DNA of 64,000 nucleotides from Oscillospiraceae bacterium (GTDB lineage Bacteria; Bacillota; Clostridia; Oscillospirales; UBA929): NCBI GenBank assembly GCA_031254195.1, contig JAIRUW010000009.1, positions 13,906 to 77,905 of the forward strand, read 5' to 3'. Shown piece by piece: positions 18,637 to 26,453 of this stretch (position 1 is its first letter; each line of letters starts with the position of its first letter). The notes under the pieces were generated by a model. It saw only the letters and a program-made list of their open reading frames with translations, ran no database searches and was not told where the DNA came from. The position numbers and the translations under genes were made by a program.

Positions 18637-21600
18637 TCAACTTTCTCTATTCATATTTTCTGTTTTGAATATACATGATAATTTAACATTTAATAATCGA
18701 AGTTTGTCGCAAAAGTTCGAAAAATTCTCTCTACAATAATTTATATCGTTTTTCTTCGCGGATGCCTCCAGCGCCGCCGCCGCTTCTGACAGTTTTACCG
18801 CGCCTATAGTGGCAAGCAAGGATTTCATCCCGTGCACAGAGATGGCGAAGCCGCGTATGTCCCCCTCCGCGACGCAGGATGTCATGTGGTCACACTCTTC
18901 CCCGAGCTGCTCGGTAAATTCCTTCATGACCATAAGGTAAATCTCTTCCTGCCCGAGGACATGCTTCAGCCCGATCCCTGTGTCGATTTCCCCGATACCG
19001 CCGAGCGCGTCTAAGAAGCCGCTTTCCTCTTCTTCTTCTTTTGCGGTCTCCTCTTCCATATCATAACGCACTTTCTCCGGCGGCAGCCATTCCTTTAACA
19101 CATCATACAGATCCTGCCATTCGATGGGCTTCGAGACAAAATCGTTAAATCCGTTCGCTAAAAACATCTCCTTCGCCCCCTGGACGGTATTGGCGGTCAA
19201 AGCGATGACAGGCAGCTTCTCGTATTTCCCCCCCATCGCGCGGATTGCCGCGGTTGCCTCAACCCCATCCATTTCCGGCATCATATAGTCCATAAATACG
19301 ATGTCGTAGTCATTTTGCTTTATCATTTGCAGAGCGTCCTTGCCGCTGAGCGCCGTCTTGGCCTCTATTTTTGATAGCCCAAGCAGGCCGCAAGCGACCT
19401 TGAGGTTGAACTCCTTGTCGTCAACAACCAAAATATCGGCGTCCGGGGCATATATGGTCAGCTTTTTTTCCATTCCCGCAGCCTTGACCCCATCCTCGCT
19501 CCCCGGCACCAGCGGGATCGCCACCGTGAAGACGGTCCCTTTGCCATACTCGCTGTCAACGATGATCTTCCCGCCCATCATTTCCACAAAAGTTTTGCTG
19601 ATTGGAAGCCCCAATCCGGTGCCGGAGATCCCTCTGTTCTTCATAATGTCGATCTGCTTGAAGGCCATAAACAGGCTTGGGATGTCCTCTTTTTTGATTC
19701 CCCTGCCGGTGTCCTGTATTTCAAACATGATCATATCGCCCGCGTTGATGGCTTTCAGGCGGACATATCCCTGACTCGTAAATTTTATGGCATTTCCGCA
19801 AATATTGGTGATTATCTGCCTTAGGCGTATGTCGTCGCCGAACAGGTAGTGGGGCATATCCCCTTCATACTCGACCTTGAATACCAGCCCTTTCTTTTCC
19901 GCCACAAAGGAAAACATAGACTTGACATTCTCCAGGAACGCATGGAAGTCATAATTGACCGGCGCCAGCTCCACTTTGCCGGATTCGATTTTGGATAAAT
20001 CCAATATATCGTTGATAATGGACAGCAAGGAATGGGACGACATGCTGATGTCGTTGACATAGCCTGTCTGCCGCTCGTTCAGGCGTTCGTGCTGAAGGAG
20101 CTCCGACATGCCTATGATGGCGTTCATCGGCGTCCGTATCTCATGCGACATATTGGCTAAAAAAGAAGTTTTGGTCCGGTTGGCGGCTTCCGCATTCTCA
20201 AGGGCAGCCTTTAATTCTTTGTGCGAGCCGGTAAGTCTGATCTGGTAAACGATACATACCAGCGTTAGGATGAACAGCAGGGCGATGGCGCCGACCAGCC
20301 AGGGGGTCCGCGTCCGCACCAACATTATCCGGTAGTCGTAGGTCTTCCGCATCCATTGGCTGGAAATCCCGTTTGTATCAATCAGGGGAAGAGCCTTGCC
20401 GATGATGGAGCGTAAGACGTTTTCGTTTTTGTTCAGCCCAAAGGTGGAATCAAAAGAGGTTTCATACACGAGGTTTGCCTTATACCCCACCTGCTCGCGG
20501 TAGTTGGTCAGGGCAAGGAGTTGGTGCAGGCTGGCCATCACCACATCAACCTCGCCCCGCTCCAGCGCGTCGAAGGCCGCGTTGGTGCTTCCGTATTCCA
20601 CAACGTTTCCGTGGTTTGGGAACCATTGGTCAACCATCAGCGAGTATGCGGTGTTTCTGCCGACGCCTATCGTGATGTAAAAGACCTCGTTGATATTGAT
20701 GTTCCGGTACTCGGCTTTAGAAATCAGCGCGTAACTGTCGGTCATAAAATTAACGTCAGGCCATAGGAAGCGGCTTTCCCTCTCATCCGTGCGGATGACC
20801 TCCGACATAATGGCGGCGCGCCCGCTCTCCAAGGCGTCAAGCAAATCGGAGAACTCATCGTCAGGGCTGCTGATGACTTCAAACATAATCCCGGACAGCT
20901 CCGACACCTCGGCAAGGATGTCAATGGCGATCCCCTGCCATTGCCCTTCGAGGGTATTGTAAAAGCTGACCGGGTAATTGCCGGTTTCGGCCGCAAAAGG
21001 CAAAACAGGGTTATTGAACAGATAAGCGCGCTCCTCTTCATTGAGCAGCGCATACAGTTTATATCTCTTATACTCCCGTTGCCCTTCGTTGTAAAGCGCG
21101 GTAAGATGGCGGATAGAACTGTCTTCCAGCGCCTTTTGCACAGCAGAGACGATAGGTTTAAGTTCGGGGTTTTGTGTCGAGAGGGAAACGAGGCTGTATA
21201 TCAGCGGCAAATGGTCAGAGATAACAATATCGTCGTAATCGTCAAAGGCAAACGCGGCGGGCCCCTCGATAAAAAAAGCATCCGCCTCCCCGCTTTTCAG
21301 CATTTCATACGCGGCGTCATACCCGTCTGCAAATACGGCTTCATACGCCCCCTTTGCATAAAGGCCGACTTCGCCGGCTGTGGTGGCTCTCTCCAGGAAG
21401 CAATGCCGCAAAGGACGGTCTGCCGCGATTTCCTCCAGAGGCGCGCTTCCGGCCAGACGGACGACGATGACTTGCCGCGCGGCGATGTCATCGGTCATAT
21501 AGTATGTATCCCGCCGCTCTTCCGTAACCGTAAGCTCGCCGGTAAAGTCAATTGCGCCGGATTCCAGCCCGTTGAGCAGCTCGCCCCACTCGACGATCAC

Positions 21601-21909
21601 AGGCTCAAACGGGATGCCGAAAAGCTCGGTCAGCCAGTCACAGAACAAAGCGGTAAACCCGCTGATGGCACCGTTCCTGTCGTAAAAGGTCTCCGCGCTC
21701 AGCAGCATCCCATATGTGAAGGACCCTTTCCCGCGCTGGAGTTCCTCTATTGCCTCAATCTCCTCCGCCGTCACGCCGGGTATATCCCTAAACGAGGTGT
21801 AATTGCGCGGCTCGGCGTCCGGCGCGGAGGCGTCCCCGCACCCCGCGGCCACAGCCAGCAATAGGATGGCTGCGAGTGCAACGCATATCGCGCGGCCGGT
21901 TTTGAACAT
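18637..21909 (-). CDS. Hybrid sensor histidine kinase with two extracellular solute-binding domains (BvgS/EvgS-like), REC and Hpt
   Basis: Lipoprotein-type signal (AAGC); two SBP-family-3-like repeats; TM; [29 protein letters not shown]; MDYMMP; Hpt VHGMKS. Confidence 0.9.
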   Translation of the reverse strand: MFKTGRAICVALAAILLLAVAAGCGDASAPDAEPRNYTSFRDIPGVTAEEIEAIEELQRGKGSFTYGMLLSAETFYDRNGAISGFTALFCDWLTELFGIPFEPVIVEWGELLNGLESGAIDFTGELTVTEERRDTYYMTDDIAARQVIVVRLAGSAPLEEIAADRPLRHCFLERATTAGEVGLYAKGAYEAVFADGYDAAYEMLKSGEADAFFIEGPAAFAFDDYDDIVISDHLPLIYSLVSLSTQNPELKPIVSAVQKALEDSSIRHLTALYNEGQREYKRYKLYALLNEEERAYLFNNPVLPFAAETGNYPVSFYNTLEGQWQGIAIDILAEVSELSGIMFEVISSPDDEFSDLLDALESGRAAIMSEVIRTDERESRFLWPDVNFMTDSYALISKAEYRNININEVFYITIGVGRNTAYSLMVDQWFPNHGNVVEYGSTNAAFDALERGEVDVVMASLHQLLALTNYREQVGYKANLVYETSFDSTFGLNKNENVLRSIIGKALPLIDTNGISSQWMRKTYDYRIMLVRTRTPWLVGAIALLFILTLVCIVYQIRLTGSHKELKAALENAEAANRTKTSFLANMSHEIRTPMNAIIGMSELLQHERLNERQTGYVNDISMSSHSLLSIINDILDLSKIESGKVELAPVNYDFHAFLENVKSMFSFVAEKKGLVFKVEYEGDMPHYLFGDDIRLRQIITNICGNAIKFTSQGYVRLKAINAGDMIMFEIQDTGRGIKKEDIPSLFMAFKQIDIMKNRGISGTGLGLPISKTFVEMMGGKIIVDSEYGKGTVFTVAIPLVPGSEDGVKAAGMEKKLTIYAPDADILVVDDKEFNLKVACGLLGLSKIEAKTALSGKDALQMIKQNDYDIVFMDYMMPEMDGVEATAAIRAMGGKYEKLPVIALTANTVQGAKEMFLANGFNDFVSKPIEWQDLYDVLKEWLPPEKVRYDMEEETAKEEEEESGFLDALGGIGEIDTGIGLKHVLGQEEIYLMVMKEFTEQLGEECDHMTSCVAEGDIRGFAISVHGMKSLLATIGAVKLSEAAAALEASAKKNDINYCRENFSNFCDKLRLLNVKLSCIFKTENMNRES

Positions 21910-21996
21910 AAATCACACCTCACCATAGAACAGCCTGCATTCGAGAGCATGATACAGTGGCGGACGGCGTTTTCCTAAAGCCCATTATTAAACAAT

Positions 21997-22025
21997 AGTA
22001 TAGCAAACATTCTAATATTAAGCAA
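21997..22025 (-). promoter_or_regulatory. Sigma-A promoter of the SBP hybrid kinase
   Basis: Minus strand TTGCTT-17-TATACT with extended TG. Confidence 0.6.
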
Positions 22026-22155
22026 CATCAATATAGATTGTCCAACATTATGCTGAACGCTGATAAGAGTGTTACATATGCGTCTGATAAAAATGTACAG
22101 CCGCTCCATTTACGTCATAAATGAAACCGTAGGCTGGGGGTGAATATAAAATCGC

Positions 22156-22184
22156 TTGACAGGAAACGCAAACGGTGGTATTAT
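22156..22184 (+). promoter_or_regulatory. Near-consensus sigma-A promoter driving a small RNA
   Basis: TTGACA (22156-22161), 17 nt, TATTAT (22179-22184) with extended TG; no protein ORF downstream. Confidence 0.75.
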
Positions 22185-22189
22185 ATTGG

Positions 22190-22287
22190 CAGAAAGGGCA
22201 ATACCTAACAGCCATTGCCCATGATACGCTAAGTTACACGAGGTAACCGCCTACCGGTGCAAAGGAGGGCGGTTACTTCATTTTTAT
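22190..22287 (+). ncRNA. Putative ~95-nt antisense RNA (type I antitoxin candidate)
   Basis: Follows the promoter at 22156-22184; 5' hairpin GGGCAAT/ATTGCCC; ends in GAGGTAACCGCC/GGCGGTTACTTC hairpin plus T-tract; antisense to the 3' end of the 24-aa ORF. Confidence 0.6.
22240..22287 (+). terminator. Intrinsic terminator of the small RNA
   Basis: GAGGTAACCGCC (22240-22251) ... GGCGGTTACTTC (22268-22279) followed by ATTTTTATT. Confidence 0.75.
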
Positions 22288-22347
22288 TGCTCGGATGAGG
22301 CTTGCCAGAGCTTGAAGAATTTTACGAAACTCCGTAAGTACGCTCAT
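22273..22347 (-). CDS. 24-aa amphipathic cationic peptide MSVLTEFRKILQALASLIRAIKMK (type I toxin candidate)
   Basis: Not in the supplied ORF track; ATG 22347 preceded by GGGGGTGA SD held in a CCCCC-GAAA-GGGGG hairpin; own promoter at 22428-22456. Confidence 0.7.
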   Translation of the reverse strand: MSVLTEFRKILQALASLIRAIKMK

Positions 22348-22427
22348 CGGCTCACCCCCTTTCGGGGGACAAAGGCCGCCAATATTGCCCCGCAAACAGC
22401 GTTGCCGCCGTTCACCTGCCAGAACGA

Positions 22428-22456
22428 AGAATACCACAAATTTTATGTCATGTCAA
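22428..22456 (-). promoter_or_regulatory. Near-consensus sigma-A promoter of the 24-aa ORF
   Basis: Minus strand TTGACA (22456-22451), 17 nt, TATTCT (22433-22428) with extended TG. Confidence 0.75.
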
Positions 22457-22524
22457 TCAAAGCCTGAGGCGCATTTATACCCCTAGAAATGTTTATTTCC
22501 CCGGACGGATATTGTCTTTGCTCT

Positions 22525-22968
22525 TTAAGCATATTTCGGCTTTAGCTTCACGGCGCAGAGCCGTTTGTAATCCTCCAGCTCCGTCTCGCTTTTAATTCGG
22601 AACATGAACCACTTGCCCATCTTCATAAAATCTCCGGCACTCTGGTAAAGCTCCCGCATTTTCGGCGACAGCTCCGGCAAAGCAGCTTCGGCTTCCGGCG
22701 CGAGTTTATAGCTGATCACCATGAAGATGGAGAAGCTGCCTTCCTCGGGGTACAGCGTACCGAAAGCCTGCCCGCTCTTTTGGAATTTGACGTTCCATCC
22801 CGGCTGCCCGGAACATCCGCTATACGTCATCTTCGGTTTGGCCTTGTAAGCCTTGTCCATATGCTCGAAAAGATCCTTCCACAAGTCCTTGCCCGTGCCG
22901 CCGATATACTCTTCTATGTCTTCGTATGTCGGCTGAAGTTCGGCGGGAAATAATGTGTTCCATTCCAT
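22525..22968 (-). CDS. DUF3788 family protein
   Basis: QPTYEDIEEYIG...GWNVKFQKSG...TLYPEEGSF and GKWFMFRI pattern. Confidence 0.75.
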   Translation of the reverse strand: MEWNTLFPAELQPTYEDIEEYIGGTGKDLWKDLFEHMDKAYKAKPKMTYSGCSGQPGWNVKFQKSGQAFGTLYPEEGSFSIFMVISYKLAPEAEAALPELSPKMRELYQSAGDFMKMGKWFMFRIKSETELEDYKRLCAVKLKPKYA

Positions 22969-23001
22969 ATCGTTTATCCTCCTTAAGATTCATTTTTGAC
23001 C

Positions 23002-24543
23002 CTACAGCCCTAAAACCGCCAGCACAAAGTAAACAGGAGAGTTCCAATAGATCGCGATCTCATTGGACGCGCAGCTCTCTATGTGGTCAACATAGCATTT
23101 CATCGGCGGCAGCCCTGCGCAATGCTTGTGCAGGATGAGGTCCGCCTTGGTGTTTCCGTTGGGGCCGCCGGACACCATGCCGGGTACGGCCTGCCCTGCC
23201 GCGACAGACGGCCGGTGGTGCGGGTTTCTCATTGGGTCGGAGCCAAGCCCGGAGATGTAGCACTTGTTGAGGCCGTTTTTACCCAGCAGGTAGTGCATAT
23301 GCTCCAGCGCGGCCTCGCGGTATTGTATGTTATTCTCGAATAATTCGGCCAGCAGCAGGGTCATGGCATTGTTGGCGAGGTCCATATTGCTTCCCCAGCG
23401 GTAACTCAACCCCAATGATATGCCGTAAGGGCTGGTTTCACATTGCGCCATAATGTCCTGAGCGGCGGACAGCAGCTTACTCTTCATTCGCGCCGCCAAA
23501 TCGGGGCCGGCCTTGCTTCCCGCATGGAGGAGGTAGGCGGCGAGGCCGAATGTGCCCATTTGCCGCCAGCCTAAACCGGTCGAGAGTTCTGCGGATTTAA
23601 TGTAGTCGTGGTACGCTTCATCCCCGGTCGCGATAAAAAGCTCGCAGGCGGCCCAAAAACGCTCGTCTTGGCTGTCGTCGTCGCCGTACTCGCCGGTTTT
23701 AACATTGGGCGGGTTCTGAAACCCCGGCGCGTCGGGGTTGGCAAGGCACCATTGCCACGCGCGCCCCGCCGCGCCGATCAGGCGGTCCTTCTGCGCGGGG
23801 AAAAAACGGGACGCTAGGGCCATCGTCGCGGCGAAATCCGCCGTCGTCGCCGCCGAGACAGGGCATAGCACCAACTCGCCGCGTTCTTGATCGGGCATTT
23901 GATTCAGGGCGTTGAAGGTTTCACAGCTTACCTTATGGTATACGCCGCCGGCGGTCTCGTCCTGCATTTTCAGCATCCATTCGATTTCAAACCACACGGC
24001 GTCCAAAACCCCGGCGTCGGGAGCGGGAGCCAGTTCATAGGCCAGCAGCAGCTGGGCGACCGTTTGGGCGGCGGGGACGATATAGCGTCCGTAGTCGCCG
24101 GCGTCATGCCAGCCGCCCGACACATCTTTGATTTCGCCGGTCTTCTGCCCGCTCGCGTCAAGGACATAGGCGGGCGTTGTATGGCAGGCGGGATGCGACC
24201 ACGCCCCGGCGTCGAGGGTAACGCCGCATTTCTGATAATGGAAGAAATCGAGTACCGCCTTGCGCAGGCCGCCGTAAGGGGTATCGCCGATGAAAAACGG
24301 GTAGGAGCTTCCTTCTTCTGTTTCAAGACGGTATTCTCCCGACTGGGTGACGGCGGTGAAGTCGGCGATCCGCACCTTTTCGTGCGACGCGGCGCAAAGC
24401 ATGGGTTCCGATGCGTTTCCTTCATACAGGACGGCGCGGTCAGAAACGCGGACAACCTGAAATCCTGAAGCGGTCTCCGGGACGACCGCTTTCTTAACGT
24501 CGCCCGGGCGGTAGCCCATCTGGTCAAGCCGTATGTTGTTCAT
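23002..24543 (-). CDS. Glycoside hydrolase family 9 with N-terminal Ig-like domain, no signal peptide
   Basis: IRLDQMGY start; GGWHDAGDYG; PHHRP; NEIAIYWN. Confidence 0.92.
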   Translation of the reverse strand: MNNIRLDQMGYRPGDVKKAVVPETASGFQVVRVSDRAVLYEGNASEPMLCAASHEKVRIADFTAVTQSGEYRLETEEGSSYPFFIGDTPYGGLRKAVLDFFHYQKCGVTLDAGAWSHPACHTTPAYVLDASGQKTGEIKDVSGGWHDAGDYGRYIVPAAQTVAQLLLAYELAPAPDAGVLDAVWFEIEWMLKMQDETAGGVYHKVSCETFNALNQMPDQERGELVLCPVSAATTADFAATMALASRFFPAQKDRLIGAAGRAWQWCLANPDAPGFQNPPNVKTGEYGDDDSQDERFWAACELFIATGDEAYHDYIKSAELSTGLGWRQMGTFGLAAYLLHAGSKAGPDLAARMKSKLLSAAQDIMAQCETSPYGISLGLSYRWGSNMDLANNAMTLLLAELFENNIQYREAALEHMHYLLGKNGLNKCYISGLGSDPMRNPHHRPSVAAGQAVPGMVSGGPNGNTKADLILHKHCAGLPPMKCYVDHIESCASNEIAIYWNSPVYFVLAVLGL

Positions 24544-24591
24544 GGGTAAAAAACGTCCTTTCGATAATAGAGCTTAGGATATTCCATCTGC

Positions 24592-25266
24592 TCACGGATC
24601 GGGGTCACTGTCTATCGACAGGAAATACTCATACAGGGGCATCAGAGATGCAAACCCGTTTGCAAGGCGTTCCGCCAATTGGGGGGAATAGAGTTCGTCG
24701 TTGTTGTCCTGTGTGTGCTTCAGGATAATCTGCTTCCTATTATACCACGCGGCTGTTTTCGGTGTGGGAGCGGGTTTCTTGCGCGCGTACTCGTCCCCTT
24801 CCAGCACAAACTCTGTCTGCTTATCCAGCGGGGCGATGAGCTTTTCAAACGCTTTGGGGTTTTTATCGATCCGTACCCGGAATTTGGCCATGCCGGCGGC
24901 TTTGGCAAAATACCCCATAGCGTAGTACCAGTTTTCGGGGTTGAGTTCAAACCAGAAGACGGTGGAGCTTGTCCATTCCTCGCCGTCAAACGGTTTTTCG
25001 ATGGAGAACCAGAGCAGGTCTCTATACGGCCTGCCGTCGCGCACCCGCCGCGCGTCGCGGTATATGCGGGCGACTTTATGAATGAGCCCATGGCCGGGGT
25101 GTTCGGCAGTCAAGCGGCCAAAGACATCCTCCGCTAAAGCCTTCATCGGGTTGTAGAAATCCTGGAGGTAGTTGTCCTTATGCGTTTCAAACCAGGATTT
25201 TTCATTGTTCATGCGGATACCCCACATGAAATCCACCGTCCGGGGCGAGAAGCCGTCAAACATCAT
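24592..25266 (-). CDS. DUF2461 family protein
   Basis: FDGFSPRTVDF...NNEKSWFETHK...RIYRDAR...PYR; start placed at ATG 25266. Confidence 0.85.
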   Translation of the reverse strand: MMFDGFSPRTVDFMWGIRMNNEKSWFETHKDNYLQDFYNPMKALAEDVFGRLTAEHPGHGLIHKVARIYRDARRVRDGRPYRDLLWFSIEKPFDGEEWTSSTVFWFELNPENWYYAMGYFAKAAGMAKFRVRIDKNPKAFEKLIAPLDKQTEFVLEGDEYARKKPAPTPKTAAWYNRKQIILKHTQDNNDELYSPQLAERLANGFASLMPLYEYFLSIDSDPDP

Positions 25267-25396
25267 TATCCACCATCCTGTCAGAGAGATAATTGCCGCT
25301 GAAAGCGCCAATCCTGATTATACGCTATGAAACCTGACAGCATAGTGTCAAGTTTGTCAGGTGTTTTCTCTTTTCATGGAAAGCGGTAATAGGCTA

Positions 25397-25425
25397 TTGC
25401 ATTCGGCAAGGCGCCGTGCTATACT
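25397..25425 (+). promoter_or_regulatory. Sigma-A promoter of the tRNA
   Basis: TTGCAT-17-TATACT with extended TG. Confidence 0.7.
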
Positions 25426-25466
25426 ACAATAGTTAATGACACCGGGAGTGTTTATAGCCTCCCCGC

Positions 25467-25542
25467 GGGCCATTAGCTCAATGGTTAGAGCCCCCGGCTC
25501 ATAACCGGTTGGTTCGGGGTTCGAGTCCCTGATGGCCCACCA
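25467..25542 (+). tRNA. tRNA with CAT anticodon, most likely tRNA-Ile2 (lysidine-modified)
   Basis: 76 nt; acceptor stem GGGCCAT/ATGGCCC, TAGCTCA...GGTTAGAGC D-arm, CCGG-CTCATAA-CCGG anticodon arm, GGTTCGAGTCC T-arm, encoded CCA; CTCATAA loop resembles Firmicute Ile2 rather than elongator Met. Confidence 0.93.
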
Positions 25543-25545
25543 CAA

Positions 25546-25587
25546 GTATGTCAAGCTCACGACAAAAGTTGTCTGGTGCTTGACATA
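25546..25587. terminator. Inverted repeat terminating the tRNA and convergent NYN gene
   Basis: GTATGTCAAGC ... GCTTGACATAC followed by TCTTTT. Confidence 0.65.
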
Positions 25588-25617
25588 CTCTTTTCATTCT
25601 TGTTGTGAGCGTTGCCG

Positions 25618-26403
25618 TCAGGCCGGACTGCTCTTTTTAAGCAACTGGTTCAGCATCTCCCAGTTGGGGACGAGCCTTTGAATCTCCCGATCGGAAAAAC
25701 TGGTGATGATTTCCGTGCTGATATACCCATCGCTGATCAGTTCCCGCATGATGCTCTTACAGTTATCAAAATCTACGTTGTCGTACTGTGCTATATGTTC
25801 GCAGGTTTTCATAAATGTGGCAATTTTTCCGTTTTGCTCGGTTCGTCTGAGACTGCTTGCGATTTTCCGAATATACTCTTGCTTGTCGTCATCGTAAATC
25901 TCGATAGCCCTTGCCCATGACACACAATCCCTCAAATGCCGTGATAAATTTGGCCTTGTACAATAGACGCCAACTTCTTTATCCATATATGTTTTGAGAA
26001 ATGTCGCAACCGATGAAAAATGTCCGTCACCTGTAATTAAGATAAACTGTGTTGCCATCTGATTTTGAAATGCTTCCTGATAGATGTGGTCCAGCATAAT
26101 AAAATCTGTAAAGTCTTTCTTAATCAACGTGGATTCATTGCCGCAGTCAATGATAAAATTTGTGATTGTCCTTACCCTGTTCCTCTCATGCGTCAGTTCC
26201 GGTTTTGTAAAGTCTCCAAACACCTTAATAGACATGATCTTTCCCATTGTTTTGAGGTCGCCTACAATCTCCTTCAAATCCGGTTTGCCGTGTGAGTTAT
26301 TATAGAAGTTAAAGAAGAGCGATTCGTAATCAATAAACACAGCCGTAGGCAACTGGTCATCAACAAGCGGCTGATCTCCCATGAAACGAAATTCTACGCG
26401 CAC
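25618..26403 (-). CDS. NYN-domain (LabA/DUF88, PIN-like) protein
   Basis: AVFIDYES, KKDFTDFIMLD, LITGDGHF acidic motifs; AT-richer than flanks. Confidence 0.85.
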   Translation of the reverse strand: MRVEFRFMGDQPLVDDQLPTAVFIDYESLFFNFYNNSHGKPDLKEIVGDLKTMGKIMSIKVFGDFTKPELTHERNRVRTITNFIIDCGNESTLIKKDFTDFIMLDHIYQEAFQNQMATQFILITGDGHFSSVATFLKTYMDKEVGVYCTRPNLSRHLRDCVSWARAIEIYDDDKQEYIRKIASSLRRTEQNGKIATFMKTCEHIAQYDNVDFDNCKSIMRELISDGYISTEIITSFSDREIQRLVPNWEMLNQLLKKSSPA

Positions 26404-26453
26404 AAAATTTACACCCTTTCCTCATTTGATTTCGCATGTTTCCGGTGGTAAAA

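Noticed and set aside
22030-22150. Possible riboswitch (c-di-GMP or other) in the long intergenic region
   Set aside because: No GEMM GGAAA/GCAAA tetraloop-receptor architecture or other recognisable aptamer core by eye; an Rfam scan would settle it
25543-26453. Integrative element at the tRNA
   Set aside because: No integrase, no duplicated tRNA 3' end and only one atypical gene
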